DNA of 64,000 nucleotides from an uncultured Spirochaetia bacterium. GTDB taxonomy: Bacteria; Desulfobacterota_D; UBA1144; Nemesobacterales; UBA2774. Positions 9,761 through 19,390 of the stretch are shown here, one piece after another. Positions within the stretch are counted from its first letter, which is position 1. The number at the start of each line of letters is the position of its first letter. The translations under genes were made by a program, and so were the position numbers. The notes beneath the pieces are model-generated. The model was not told the origin of the DNA and searched no databases. It worked only from the letters and a program-made list of their open reading frames with translations. The DNA lies in assembly GCA_964618635.1 (NCBI GenBank), contig CAZUDM010000016.1, positions 517 to 64,516 of the forward strand. Reading direction: 5' to 3'.

Positions 9761-10564
9761 CTAAGCAGTTCGTGTCCTTCGCCTGATAACGAGAAGCGAC
9801 GCTATTCCCGCGATCCCGGCGAAGGCAATCAGGCCCCATTCGGACATCGTGGGAATAGGGGTAATCGCGCCTCTGAGGGCTATCGTGCAGGCCGTCCACG
9901 GTACCGGAATCCCGATGGGGAGGATAAACACATCCGTCTCCTCGGCAATCGGGAAATAGCTGCTGATTCCTACTATAAAAGAGAATTGTCCCGAAGTGCT
10001 GACCGCCACGGACGTGAATATCGCCTCGACAATTTCCTGGTTGGGCTGGAGTAACTGGTCCCCGCCTATTGCAATGGCGTGAAGCACTGTCGAGTTTGCT
10101 TCCGTAGTTACCGAGGGCGCGGTTATGTTGCCCGAGATTCCGCTCTGACACGCAGAGGCGATGATAGGATCGTCAGCATCCGCTCCGCTGTATCTCAGTA
10201 TGGCGGCGGTGAAGACGTCGGTATTCTGCGTCCACCTGCACGTGGTCTCGGCGAGGCCCTCTCCGGCAGGCCTCGTATATACGCCGAGTATGCAGCTTCC
10301 TCCGCCGCAGCTCGACTCCGCGGCCGGAGACCAGCCGCCGGGAATCGGCGTCAGGAAATTATTGGCGCCGGACGAGAACGTCGAGCAGGCGACGATGTCT
10401 AGGTTCCCCGGTGCGTCGTTGAGGAGCTCGACTGTACCCTCTGTGCCGTCAAAGTCGGCTCCGTTGCCGATGCCGCCGCCCGTGAGAGCTATTCGCGCAT
10501 CCGCGGGCGCGGAAAGTAAAAGGAAAAAAGCGAGCAAGGATAGAACGGTGGATAATCTGAGCAT
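9761..10564 (-). CDS. IPTL-CTERM sorting-domain surface protein
   Basis: Signal peptide; C-terminal IPTMSEWG + transmembrane helix + RRRTRTA. Confidence 0.85.
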   Translation of the reverse strand: MLRLSTVLSLLAFFLLLSAPADARIALTGGGIGNGADFDGTEGTVELLNDAPGNLDIVACSTFSSGANNFLTPIPGGWSPAAESSCGGGSCILGVYTRPAGEGLAETTCRWTQNTDVFTAAILRYSGADADDPIIASACQSGISGNITAPSVTTEANSTVLHAIAIGGDQLLQPNQEIVEAIFTSVAVSTSGQFSFIVGISSYFPIAEETDVFILPIGIPVPWTACTIALRGAITPIPTMSEWGLIAFAGIAGIASLLVIRRRTRTA

Positions 10565-10726
10565 GTCGCATCCTCCAAACGGGATATGCGATTTTATCAC
10601 ATGACGGCCGGTTTATGCAAATTAGCGAAATGAAAGGTATTCAAAACTCATACAGGCGCAGCTTCGCAGCGTGACATGCTTAAAGCGGGGGAAGAGAAAT
10701 ACGTAGTAAGAATTATGAGAGAGCTT

Positions 10727-11414
10727 CTACTCGTGAATAATCCTGTGCAGTTTATCGTTTATGGCTGCCAGTCTTCCGGCGCGGGTTTCATATGAGAGGT
10801 GCGCCTCGAGAGCTTCCTGCATAGAGGGAGATTCCATTATTGTCCTAAACCACTTCGTCAGGTATTTCCTGACTTGCGTGGATACCTTTAATACTTCATC
10901 GGCGAGCCCGATATTGTTGTCCAGTATATAAACTATGTCCTCGAAGTCAGGACTGGTGCGCGGATCGTTTTGCCCTTCCGCTATAGGCCTCGAATTTTGC
11001 GGCTAAAAAATGCGGAGTATCCAGAATATTGATTTCGATGCCTCCGGCATCGACTTTTAGGAGATGTTTCATACCGGATTTAAACCACCTGTTTGAAGGT
11101 GCCCATCCGACTTCACTTATGCTCATTACATCGACGAGTATGTCCCCGAGCCTGAATCTGCACATGACATTCTCGAAAGGGTCTCGTGTAAACCCTCTTT
11201 TTGCCATATCTTCCTCAAGCCTGTTTAACTCGCTTATGCCGGTTATTTGAACGACTATGTCTATATCCTTCGTTGGCCTGACGTCCTCCGCTGCAGGGTC
11301 ATCAGCGTAAAGGGCCACTACTGCGCCGCCGACGTACACTACCCGGTTGTTAATGTCCCCGAGCGCCCTGGCGACTGTTTTTATTACTTCGATATTCGCA
11401 GCTCTGTTTCTCAT
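10727..11414 (-). pseudogene. Nucleotidyltransferase (AbiEii/AbiGii-like) with frameshift at ~10968-10971
   Basis: VGG...RPTKDIDIVV NTase motif, FLAAKFEAY; after a shift in an A4 run the frame continues NDPRTSPDFEDIVYILDN...IIHE* to 10727. Confidence 0.75.
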
Positions 11415-11415
11415 T

Positions 11416-11931
11416 CTAATATGAGATCCTTGCTTTAATTTCCTTTAAAGCCACAGCCGTTTCTCTCGACTTTCCCACTCGTACCGCATCTACGAGGGCT
11501 AATAATTCGTGGAGGCGTTCGTCTCGATAGCATGCTAAAGGTGCTGCCGGGTAAAGCGGCTCGATAGCTTGACCCCTGAAGTTTCCTGCTGCGAACGGCC
11601 ATACGTAGTCGGAGCTACTTGCTATTATATTCCTCAGAGGGGGGGCCGAGTGCGCCGTTGGTAAACCACGTGCGATTGGCCCGGGCTGCACTGGAAAGAC
11701 GTATCTCAGGCCATGCTCTATGAATTCGAGAAAAGTGTTTTTCATAACCGTCTTTTTATCCGAGCTCAGGAGCCCTGAATAGGAGGATCTGTGGAGAGAC
11801 TCGCTTACCTCACTAGCGCTGATCTGCAGCTTGATCGAAACGTCCTTCATCGTCCACTGCTCGTTTTCTAACGAAGCAATCCATACTAAGATAGCTATGT
11901 CCTGTGGTCTCATGCCTCCATGTTTCTTCAT
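11416..11931 (-). CDS. HTH-containing partner protein (AbiEi/antitoxin-like)
   Basis: MRPQDIAIL...ISASEVSESLHR HTH; HGLRYVFP, PTAHSA, IEPLYP, LLALVDAVRVG; abuts the NTase gene. Confidence 0.7.
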   Translation of the reverse strand: MKKHGGMRPQDIAILVWIASLENEQWTMKDVSIKLQISASEVSESLHRSSYSGLLSSDKKTVMKNTFLEFIEHGLRYVFPVQPGPIARGLPTAHSAPPLRNIIASSSDYVWPFAAGNFRGQAIEPLYPAAPLACYRDERLHELLALVDAVRVGKSRETAVALKEIKARISY

Positions 11932-11952
11932 ATCAGCACCTTTCCATTTTGC

Positions 11953-11978
11953 AATTCGCGATTCGCGAATCGCGAATT
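11953..11978. promoter_or_regulatory. Perfect 26-bp palindrome, putative autoregulatory operator
   Basis: AATTCGCGATTCGCGAATCGCGAATT, 22 bp upstream of the start at 11931. Confidence 0.6.
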
Positions 11979-12369
11979 CACTAATGATAATCCATCGTAA
12001 TCATGTAATCAATGGCCTTTACACATAATATATTGCTTCCCATTAAGAGCTTGGTCTGGAGCTGGACAAGTGGATTCAATGTTACAACAGGAATTACCTC
12101 CATGCTCTCGGACCACGAACCGGTTCAGGTAGAAGAGAATTATTACACGTCCAGTATCAGAACCAACTCTGGCTCTGAGAATTTGCTTCGCTTCAAAGAA
12201 AAACCACATAGACGTTTAATAGAATCTTAAGGTGTTTTTTATTTAGCCTGGTCTGGTTTTAGGAGAGAAGACCACTGAATTCAGCTCAGGCGGTCGATTG
12301 CGAAAGTTTTGGTGACGTACACGAGGCCGGCGATTCCAGGATAAGGTTTGCTATCGTTTTCACATGCGC

Positions 12370-12636
12370 TCAGGTTTTTATTTCATGCTTCTGCATTTCT
12401 GTGAGTTTATATATTTTATCGAACGACAATGAAGGTGTGGATTTTTCTGTACCGGCGATGTAGATTTCGCCGTTGAATTCTATCGCGGCGAGCTGGTTTT
12501 CGGGTACGTTCTGGGATTGCAGGAGCCGAATCGTTTTGCCGTCTCCCGGATCGATAGTTTCAAGTGACAGGCGATGGTTGTCGTTGTATATAGACGGTCT
12601 GCAATGTACGAGTTTTAGTGTTAGATTGTCAGGCAT
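12370..12636 (-). CDS. Hypothetical protein (88 aa)
   Basis: ORF preceded by GAGGTG ribosome-binding site. Confidence 0.45.
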   Translation of the reverse strand: MPDNLTLKLVHCRPSIYNDNHRLSLETIDPGDGKTIRLLQSQNVPENQLAAIEFNGEIYIAGTEKSTPSLSFDKIYKLTEMQKHEIKT

Positions 12637-12921
12637 TTTTCACCTCTAATATAAGATTCTTGCGGAGGCGGAAAAAATAATTTCTATACTGACCTTCCCC
12701 CTTACTTTTTAACCATGTCAATTGAGAATAATGATAAAAAGATTCACGTCAATCGAGAATTAAGGATAAAAGATTATTGTTTTAACCTCAACGGGATGTT
12801 TGAGGCCGGATATAAAACGACTGGAGAGAACTTGACCTGGCTCTCTCCAAGACCATATCTAAGTTAAAATTATCATATTGCGGCCCTCACCCAAAAGCTG
12901 CCCGCCGGGGCCCCCGGTCGT

Positions 12922-14088
12922 TTATGACAGGCAGCTCTTGAGCGCGTCGCCGTTCGCGGATTCGGCCATCTTCTTGAGAGCGGCCTTTTCTATCTGCCTT
13001 ATGCGCTCCCTCGTTACGCCGAACCTCCCGCCTATCTCGTCGAGGGTGTAGACTTTCTCCGTGTCGAGACCGTATCTCATCCTTATGATCTCGGCCTCCT
13101 TATCGGAAAGTACGGAGAGCGTCTCTTCGAGAAGGTCCTTCATCTCCCTCTCTGCGTGCGAAGCCTCCTGCCCGTAGGTCTCGCTATCGGGAAGAAGGTC
13201 CATGTAGCTCCTTCCGCTTTCGCCGCCTATCGGCCTGTCGAGCGACAGCGCTCCGTCGGACCCGTCGAGGACAGCCTTCACGATTTCCTCGGAAAGCTCC
13301 GCCTTCTCGGCTATCTCGTGGGGAAGCGGGGTCCTGCCCGTTTCCTTCATGAGCGCGTACTTCGCCCTGAACACCTTCCCCGACTGCTCCATAACGTAGA
13401 CGGGAATCTTTATCGTTTTCGTTTTCTCGGCTATCGCGCGGGACAGCGACTGCTGTATCCACCACGCCGCGTATGTCGAGAACTTAAATCCCTTCGTATG
13501 GTCGAACTTTTCGACGGCCCTCATCAGCCCGAGGTTCCCTTCCTGGACGAGGTCCGTAAGCGGAAGCCCGCGCCCAAGGTGCTTCTTCGCGATGCTCACG
13601 ACGAGCCGGAGGTTGGATCTTATAAACCTGTCCTTGAGCTCGTGCGCCTTATCGGAATACTCCTTCATCTCGGCGCCGAGGGTGTCGGCGCTGCCTTCTG
13701 CCTTCTTTCTCCTCCGGGGATTCGAAAGGAGCTCCACCTGCTTCTGGATCTCCTTCACCTTCTTCTCGCATTCCTTGATGCCCGCGCCGAGCTCCTGCTC
13801 GTCGGCCTGGGTTAAAAGAGGCTCCGTGAGAAGATCCCTGAAGTAGACCTGGAGGACTTTCTCCTCCTCGTAGCGCGTCCACCTGTCCGCCCCGCGCTTG
13901 CCCTTCTTCGCGGACTTTCCGTATTCGCGCTCCTCTTCTTCGTCGCCTTCCCGGTCCCCGCCGGCGTATTCGTATCCGAGGCCGTCTGCGGAATCGTCCC
14001 CGGCCGTGTCGTAGTAGTCTTCGCTCCCGTCCCGGAACTCTCCCTTCCTGTAGCCTGTGTCTTTAAAATTTTCTTTCGTGTTAATCAT
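12922..14088 (-). CDS. RNA polymerase sigma-70 family factor (RpoD/RpoS-like, group 2-type)
   Basis: NLRLVVSIAKK, DLVQEGNLGLMRAVEKFD, KFSTYAAWWI, TLDEIGGRFGVTRERIRQIE. Confidence 0.92.
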   Translation of the reverse strand: MINTKENFKDTGYRKGEFRDGSEDYYDTAGDDSADGLGYEYAGGDREGDEEEEREYGKSAKKGKRGADRWTRYEEEKVLQVYFRDLLTEPLLTQADEQELGAGIKECEKKVKEIQKQVELLSNPRRRKKAEGSADTLGAEMKEYSDKAHELKDRFIRSNLRLVVSIAKKHLGRGLPLTDLVQEGNLGLMRAVEKFDHTKGFKFSTYAAWWIQQSLSRAIAEKTKTIKIPVYVMEQSGKVFRAKYALMKETGRTPLPHEIAEKAELSEEIVKAVLDGSDGALSLDRPIGGESGRSYMDLLPDSETYGQEASHAEREMKDLLEETLSVLSDKEAEIIRMRYGLDTEKVYTLDEIGGRFGVTRERIRQIEKAALKKMAESANGDALKSCLS

Positions 14089-14502
14089 AGTTCCCCCCTT
14101 CCGGACTATAATCTATATATATTCCTTTAGAGTGGAATTACAAGGTCGGAGATTCACGTATTCGGGAAATAACGGCGCAAAAAGCCCGAATCCCGCGCTT
14201 TTTTGGACTGAAATGGTGGTTTCGGGTCGAAACCGGGTCGAAATGCGCTGAATTATACGGGATTCCCGCCCGTCTTCCTCTACCGGTGCTTTCCGGCTGC
14301 ATCACGACGGTTAAGATGCATTCGGGAAATAAGTGGATTCACACGGTGGCCGGAAAACCGATAAAGGTGACGGTTCCCTAAAGCCCACGTGAGAATTCGA
14401 TGCTAAAAATACGGTTTGGCACTATAATTAATCGTCGCCCTTACAACGGGGCCACGCAAAGTTGGATACGATACCGCGCTATAAAAACGAAAGCTCGAGA
14501 GG

Positions 14503-15150
14503 ATGAATATGATAAGAATAATTTCCGCACTGATACTTCTGCCGGCGCTTCTGCTTCTGACATACGGCGGCTGCGGCGGGTCGGGAGGGAGCGGCCCCCA
14601 GCCTACACCGACGCCGGTTCCTACTCCTCAGCCGACACCACAGCCGACGCCCCGGCCTGGAGCGTGTAACTCGCCGGCGCTCAATTCGCCCTTCGTAACC
14701 GACGGCACCGAGGAATTCTACACGTTCACGCAGACGGGCAGCACCCTCGACACGAGGCTCTTTTCAGACGGGTCGACGGTATACGTCATAGTCAGCGACG
14801 GCTCGACGATATTCGGCTTCAGGGCCTCGCCCGAGGCGGCGGGGACGTCGTGCCTCATGTTCTCGGCGTCGGCCGATTTCGACATGGACGGCACGTTCGA
14901 CGAAACGGCCTCCGGCTTCGGAAGCTCGTGCCTGAGGCTCGAAAACGGGGCCGAGTTCACGTTCGTCGACGGCCCGAGCGAGGTCGATGCGTCTCAGGAA
15001 TTCGAGAACCAGCTGCTCCTTCTCTACAACCAGCTTCTTTTCTTTAACATCACTGCCCCGCTTTCGTGCGGCAGCATAGACCCTGTCGCGGGAAGCGGAA
15101 TTTACGAATCGCTCCTGTCGCAGCTCGAAGCGGAGAACAATACGCTCTAA
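14503..15150 (+). CDS. Putative lipoprotein with Pro/Thr-rich linker
   Basis: LLTYGGC lipobox-like; PQPTPTPVPTPQPTPQPTP repeat. Confidence 0.7.
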   Translation: MNMIRIISALILLPALLLLTYGGCGGSGGSGPQPTPTPVPTPQPTPQPTPRPGACNSPALNSPFVTDGTEEFYTFTQTGSTLDTRLFSDGSTVYVIVSDGSTIFGFRASPEAAGTSCLMFSASADFDMDGTFDETASGFGSSCLRLENGAEFTFVDGPSEVDASQEFENQLLLLYNQLLFFNITAPLSCGSIDPVAGSGIYESLLSQLEAENNTL

Positions 15151-15182
15151 AGGGGAGTCCGGTCTTGATCCGGGACGGGGTT

Positions 15183-15280
15183 AAGCGGGCGTTTCATAAA
15201 TGCCCGCTTTACGCCCGGAGACGATAGTTAGTGACACTGCCTGAAATGAAAGACCGGCCCCGCAGGCCGGCCTTCTTTCA
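15183..15280. terminator. Hairpins between convergent genes
   Basis: AAGCGGGC/GCCCGCTT (15183-15209) and CCGGCC/GGCCGG followed by T-rich tract (15254-15280). Confidence 0.5.
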
Positions 15281-15349
15281 TTCGGGATTGTTTAACGGAA
15301 GAGCGGGAGCAGGGGGCTTAATCCGCTGTTTCCTGCGCAAGGCTCGGAT

Positions 15350-16204
15350 TCAAGCCGTCCTCGTTCTTCTCCTTATTGCCCAGATCGAAGCCGCGGCCGT
15401 CAGCAGGACGAATACTCCCATGCCCCATTCCGACATGGTGGGTATAGGCGTGACCCGGTCGTCCGCCCACAGCGCAATGGTGCATGCCCTCCAGGAAGCC
15501 TGCGCATCGGGCTGCCCGATCTCCGTCGCGAGGTTGACGGGGAACGGGTCCACAGGGCCGCTCTCTTCGGCGACGGATGCGAACTCTCTCAGAAAGACGC
15601 CCTGGAAATTGGTTCGATTGTCGGATATCGCCAGCGAGTAAATGCTTCCCTGAGCGACTTCGTTGGATGTGATCATCTGGTCGTTAAAGCTGGCGCCGAA
15701 GGTAAACACCCTGACGATTCCCGAGCCTTCGTTTACAGTTATGGAAGGCGCGGTCGCAATCTGGCCGAATCCTGTCGTGCATTGAATGTCTGATATCGGC
15801 TCGTCGGGATCGACCCCGATCCACCTGAATACGCCGCTGACGTAAACCGTGGCCGGGTCTGTCCACCTGCAAAGGCCTTCCCTGCTGTCGGGGCTCGACG
15901 TATTCTGACCCCAGATGCCGGCGACGCAGGTGCCCTGCGGCGACGGGGCGCAGGACCCTCCCCCGACGGTGTTGAGCGTATCGGGCAGCGGGTCGAGGAA
16001 AGTGTTGCCGCCTGTCGAGCTCGTGGCGCAAACCAGGAGCTCGAACGACCCCGGCGGGCCTGGAGGCAGCTCGAAAGGGCCCTCGCTGAACGGTATTGCC
16101 TGGTCGCCGATGCCGTTTGCGAACCCGTCGACCAGCTCGATCTCGGCCTTCGAAGCCGCCGCAAATGAAAAAGCCAGAAGTAAAGTCAATGTAAGGAATT
16201 TCAT
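15350..16204 (-). CDS. IPTL-CTERM sorting-domain surface protein, paralog of 9761-10564
   Basis: Signal peptide MKFLTLTLLLAFSFAAASKA; IPTMSEWG + TM + RRRTRTA. Confidence 0.85.
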   Translation of the reverse strand: MKFLTLTLLLAFSFAAASKAEIELVDGFANGIGDQAIPFSEGPFELPPGPPGSFELLVCATSSTGGNTFLDPLPDTLNTVGGGSCAPSPQGTCVAGIWGQNTSSPDSREGLCRWTDPATVYVSGVFRWIGVDPDEPISDIQCTTGFGQIATAPSITVNEGSGIVRVFTFGASFNDQMITSNEVAQGSIYSLAISDNRTNFQGVFLREFASVAEESGPVDPFPVNLATEIGQPDAQASWRACTIALWADDRVTPIPTMSEWGMGVFVLLTAAASIWAIRRRTRTA

Positions 16205-16557
16205 CGAATTCACAATTACAATCCTCCTTCTTTTTTGACCTCGAATCATAGCACGGTTAAAACAAAAATTAAAGAGTATATAAAAAATAATATAGTGTAA
16301 TTGCAGATAATTAGACCGCACTCATATTAGATAACTTTAAATATTGATACGGACCGGGCAGGCCCCCGGCCGGATTAAGGATGAGAGAAGATGAGAGCCT
16401 ATTACTGATGCGGATATTTCGGGTGTTTTGAGGGGTGTAGTGTTGTGGAGACCGGCCCCCCGCGGAGGCCGGCCGTGAAAAGCCGTTGACTTGAATCCCC
16501 GCGCCGGACTAAACTCTTAGTGTTAGGCATGTAAATTTCCATAGGGGGGAATCAGTC

Positions 16558-16734
16558 ATGGCAAAGGTACTGCGCTGCAGGGAAGTGGGAGTCGACTGCG
16601 ATTTCGAGGCGAAGGGCAATTCCGTGGAGGAAATAATGCAGCAGGCTGAAAGGCACGCTAAGGAAGCCCACGGGATGGACTCCATTCCGCCCGAGCTTGT
16701 CGAAAAGGTTCAGAAGGCCATACACGACGAATAG
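16558..16734 (+). CDS. DUF1059 family small metal-binding protein (58 aa, absent from ORF track)
   Basis: MAKVLRCREVGVDCDFEAKGNSVEEIMQQAERHAKEAHGM...KAIHDE*; GGGGGA ribosome-binding site. Confidence 0.85.
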   Translation: MAKVLRCREVGVDCDFEAKGNSVEEIMQQAERHAKEAHGMDSIPPELVEKVQKAIHDE

Positions 16735-16986
16735 ACGCCGATTCTCATGCCGCACCGCCGGGCCGCGTCTGACGCCTGATTGAAAATCATCCCGCTCCTT
16801 CGAGCATTTACCCGAGACTCATATTCCCTTGCACATACTTTTCCAGTAGAGCCCATTGCGGGACAGGCCGGCGTAATGGCTTTCAGACACGGCGAACGGG
16901 TGTTGTATACGTCTCCAATGATATGGCGGCCGAGGCTCCGGATTCGCCGAGTGGGGAGTGCTGCGCTCTTTTCCGTTTTAGGCCGC

Positions 16987-17044
16987 TTATTCCGTTCCGG
17001 TCACATCGGGCGCGGTTGGCAGACCTGCGAGGCCCCACGCGATT
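16987..17044 (-). repeat. Left att-like direct repeat (duplicate MFS 3' end)
   Basis: 54/57 identical to 20340-20396; encodes IAWGLAGLPTAPDVTGTE*. Confidence 0.9.
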
Positions 17045-17091
17045 GGAATTGAGATTTCTTTTCTCTATTTTGTGATAGAGCATGGGAGAGC

Positions 17092-17120
17092 TTGTTGTAT
17101 TATGATAATAGTTGTACAAT
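17092..17120 (+). promoter_or_regulatory. Putative sigma-70 promoter with palindromic spacer
   Basis: TTGTTG-N17-TACAAT; TATTATGATAATA palindrome at 17098-17110 in the spacer. Confidence 0.45.
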
Positions 17121-17127
17121 GATGTTT

Positions 17128-19155
17128 ATGACAAAAAAATCCGAAGTCGATTACCTCAGCTTAAAAGAAGCTGCCGAATATTTGGGTATATCTACTCAAA
17201 CCCTCCGACGATGGGATGCCTCGGGAAAACTCAAATCAGTTAGACATCCCTCTAGTGGTTATCGATATTACCGAAGAGCTGATTTAGAGCCGTTTCGTTT
17301 AGAATACCGTAGAGCTGAGATGCAATTGTCCGAGGATGAATACATATTTCAATCTTTGACTGTGGATATAGAAGGAAATGCAAAATTACGTGAACCTCAA
17401 CGAGACGCTCACAAAGCTGTTCGTAAGCATTTCAACAGCAATGATGAGCATGTAATTCTACAGATTCCTGTTGGTTGTGGAAAAACTGGAATTATCGCTA
17501 CACTTCCTTTTGGTATTGCTAACGGACGAGTTCTTGTTGTTACTCCAAATCTGACTATTCGCAGAGGCGTTTCTGAAGCCTTGGATATCTCTAATCCTAA
17601 GAATTTCTGGCGACGAACAGGCGTTATTCATGACTTTTCGGACGGTCCCTTTAGCGCTATTCTGGACGGAGTGTATGCCAATCTACATGATTGCAATGAA
17701 AGTCATTTTGTCGTTACAAACATTCACCAATTAGCCAGTTCGGCTGACCGCTGGCTACCTCAATTTCCTCCTAACTATTTTGATATGATAATGGTGGACG
17801 AAGGTCACCATAACGTTGCACCAAGTTGGGCTAAAGTTTTCGATAGGTTTCCTAACGCAAAAGTTATAAGCCTTACCGCAACACCTTTCAGGGGGGATGG
17901 TGTAAGACCCATTGGTAAAGTGATTTACAAATATCCATTTACTCGTGCAATGCTCAACGGTTATATCAAGCAGATCCATTCAAGGAACGTAGCTCCAGAG
18001 GAATTGTATTTTACTTTTCGTGATGATAAGACACGTCACACTCTAGATGAAGTCCTAGAGTTGCGCGAAGAGGCATGGTTTAGACGCGGAGTTGCTGCCT
18101 CTCCTGAATGTAACGGGCATATAGTGGATGCCAGTTTAGAGTATTTGAATAAGATGCGAGAGCGAACAGGTTACAGGCATCAACTTATAGCTGCCGCTTG
18201 TTCTGTTGATCATGCACGGCAAATACGCTCATTGTATGAGGAACGAGGTTACAGCGCTAAAGAAATTTTCAGTGAAATGGATAAGGATAAACAGGAAAAT
18301 GTATTGGATTCTCTAAAGAATGGACGTTTAGATTGTATTGTGCAAGTGCAGATGCTAGGTGAAGGATTTGATCACCCACCTCTAAGCATAGCGGCAATTT
18401 TTAGACCATTTAGAAGTTTGTCTGCGTATATTCAGTTTGTTGGAAGAGTTATGCGTGTCATACATGAGAACGAGCCGGATCACCCGGACAATCATGCTTT
18501 CATAGTTTCTCATGTCGGACTTAATAATGATGAACATTGGCTAGATTTTCGAGAGCTTGATTTTGATGATCAGCTTCTGTTTCATGAGTGGATAAATGCT
18601 AGTGATACCGAAGATGAAGTAAATGGCAAAGGTAAGTCTAGACGTTTTGAGAATCTTATTCGTGTGGATAACGAAATTGTAGGTGATTTTATTAGAAAGT
18701 CTTTTTTGGACCCTGACGATGATAGAGTGCTAGATGAATTTTTGAACAAGGAAGTTGGCGGAGGGTTTAAACTTGGCGATTTATTAACAAGAGATGAACT
18801 TAAACAACGCTTAGAGGAACGTGGGAAGATTGAACAAGAGACTTTAGCTGAGTTTCCGATACAACCACAACGTCGTCGTGTTCAGGCTAGAAAAAGGCTT
18901 AACGAGCGCGCGAAGAGTGTTGCAAATCGTGTGTTAGATGACTTAGGGCTCAAAGGCAGTGGAAGAGAAATTACTAAAAAACAGGCGAACAGAGCCGAGA
19001 TGATTGAGCGCATGAATAAACGTGTAAACAAATATCTCGGAATAGAAAAGAAGGAAAGAAATAAAATTAGTACTGAGCAAGCTGAATCTGCATTTGATGC
19101 TCTTGATAAATTAGGTGATGAATTGCGTGAAGAAATACGAAAAGAGATGGAGTGA
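17128..19155 (+). CDS. MerR/excisionase-like HTH fused to SF2 (ResIII/DEAD-like) helicase
   Basis: YLSLKEAAEYLGISTQTLRRWD HTH; IPVGCGKT, DEGHH, LTAT, GEGFDHP, QFVGRVMR. Confidence 0.88.
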   Translation: MTKKSEVDYLSLKEAAEYLGISTQTLRRWDASGKLKSVRHPSSGYRYYRRADLEPFRLEYRRAEMQLSEDEYIFQSLTVDIEGNAKLREPQRDAHKAVRKHFNSNDEHVILQIPVGCGKTGIIATLPFGIANGRVLVVTPNLTIRRGVSEALDISNPKNFWRRTGVIHDFSDGPFSAILDGVYANLHDCNESHFVVTNIHQLASSADRWLPQFPPNYFDMIMVDEGHHNVAPSWAKVFDRFPNAKVISLTATPFRGDGVRPIGKVIYKYPFTRAMLNGYIKQIHSRNVAPEELYFTFRDDKTRHTLDEVLELREEAWFRRGVAASPECNGHIVDASLEYLNKMRERTGYRHQLIAAACSVDHARQIRSLYEERGYSAKEIFSEMDKDKQENVLDSLKNGRLDCIVQVQMLGEGFDHPPLSIAAIFRPFRSLSAYIQFVGRVMRVIHENEPDHPDNHAFIVSHVGLNNDEHWLDFRELDFDDQLLFHEWINASDTEDEVNGKGKSRRFENLIRVDNEIVGDFIRKSFLDPDDDRVLDEFLNKEVGGGFKLGDLLTRDELKQRLEERGKIEQETLAEFPIQPQRRRVQARKRLNERAKSVANRVLDDLGLKGSGREITKKQANRAEMIERMNKRVNKYLGIEKKERNKISTEQAESAFDALDKLGDELREEIRKEME

Positions 19156-19158
19156 CCT

Positions 19159-19386
19159 ATGCCAAAAATAAGAGACGTGTTGATTCCACTATCAATAGAA
19201 ATTGCACAAAAAAAACGTAAGTGTCATCGAAATGATAAACATTCGATAGAGAAAAATGAAACTTGTTTAGTTATTAAAACGGGACCTTACAATGCTAGAA
19301 AGAATTATTGCCTTAGTTGTGCAGATGAGATTCTAACCAAAGCATCAACAAAACTCTGTGACTTGAGAAATAAACTAAACCTCTAA
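19159..19386 (+). CDS. Small basic Cys/His protein (75 aa), possible Zn-binder
   Basis: RKCHRNDKH...C...YCLSC; starts 3 bp after the helicase stop. Confidence 0.65.
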   Translation: MPKIRDVLIPLSIEIAQKKRKCHRNDKHSIEKNETCLVIKTGPYNARKNYCLSCADEILTKASTKLCDLRNKLNL

Positions 19387-19390
19387 GAGA

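Noticed and set aside
12009-12230. Small ORFs on either strand
   Set aside because: No ribosome-binding site or motif support; may be decayed DNA.
12729-12747. Second Fur box
   Set aside because: Only about 13/19 match, in AT-rich DNA.
14415-14432. Sigma-54 promoter (TGGCAC)
   Set aside because: No GC at the -12 position.
17128-17290. IS607 transposase
   Set aside because: The HTH resembles the IS607 TnpA N-terminus but is followed by a helicase rather than a serine recombinase, and there is no tnpB.
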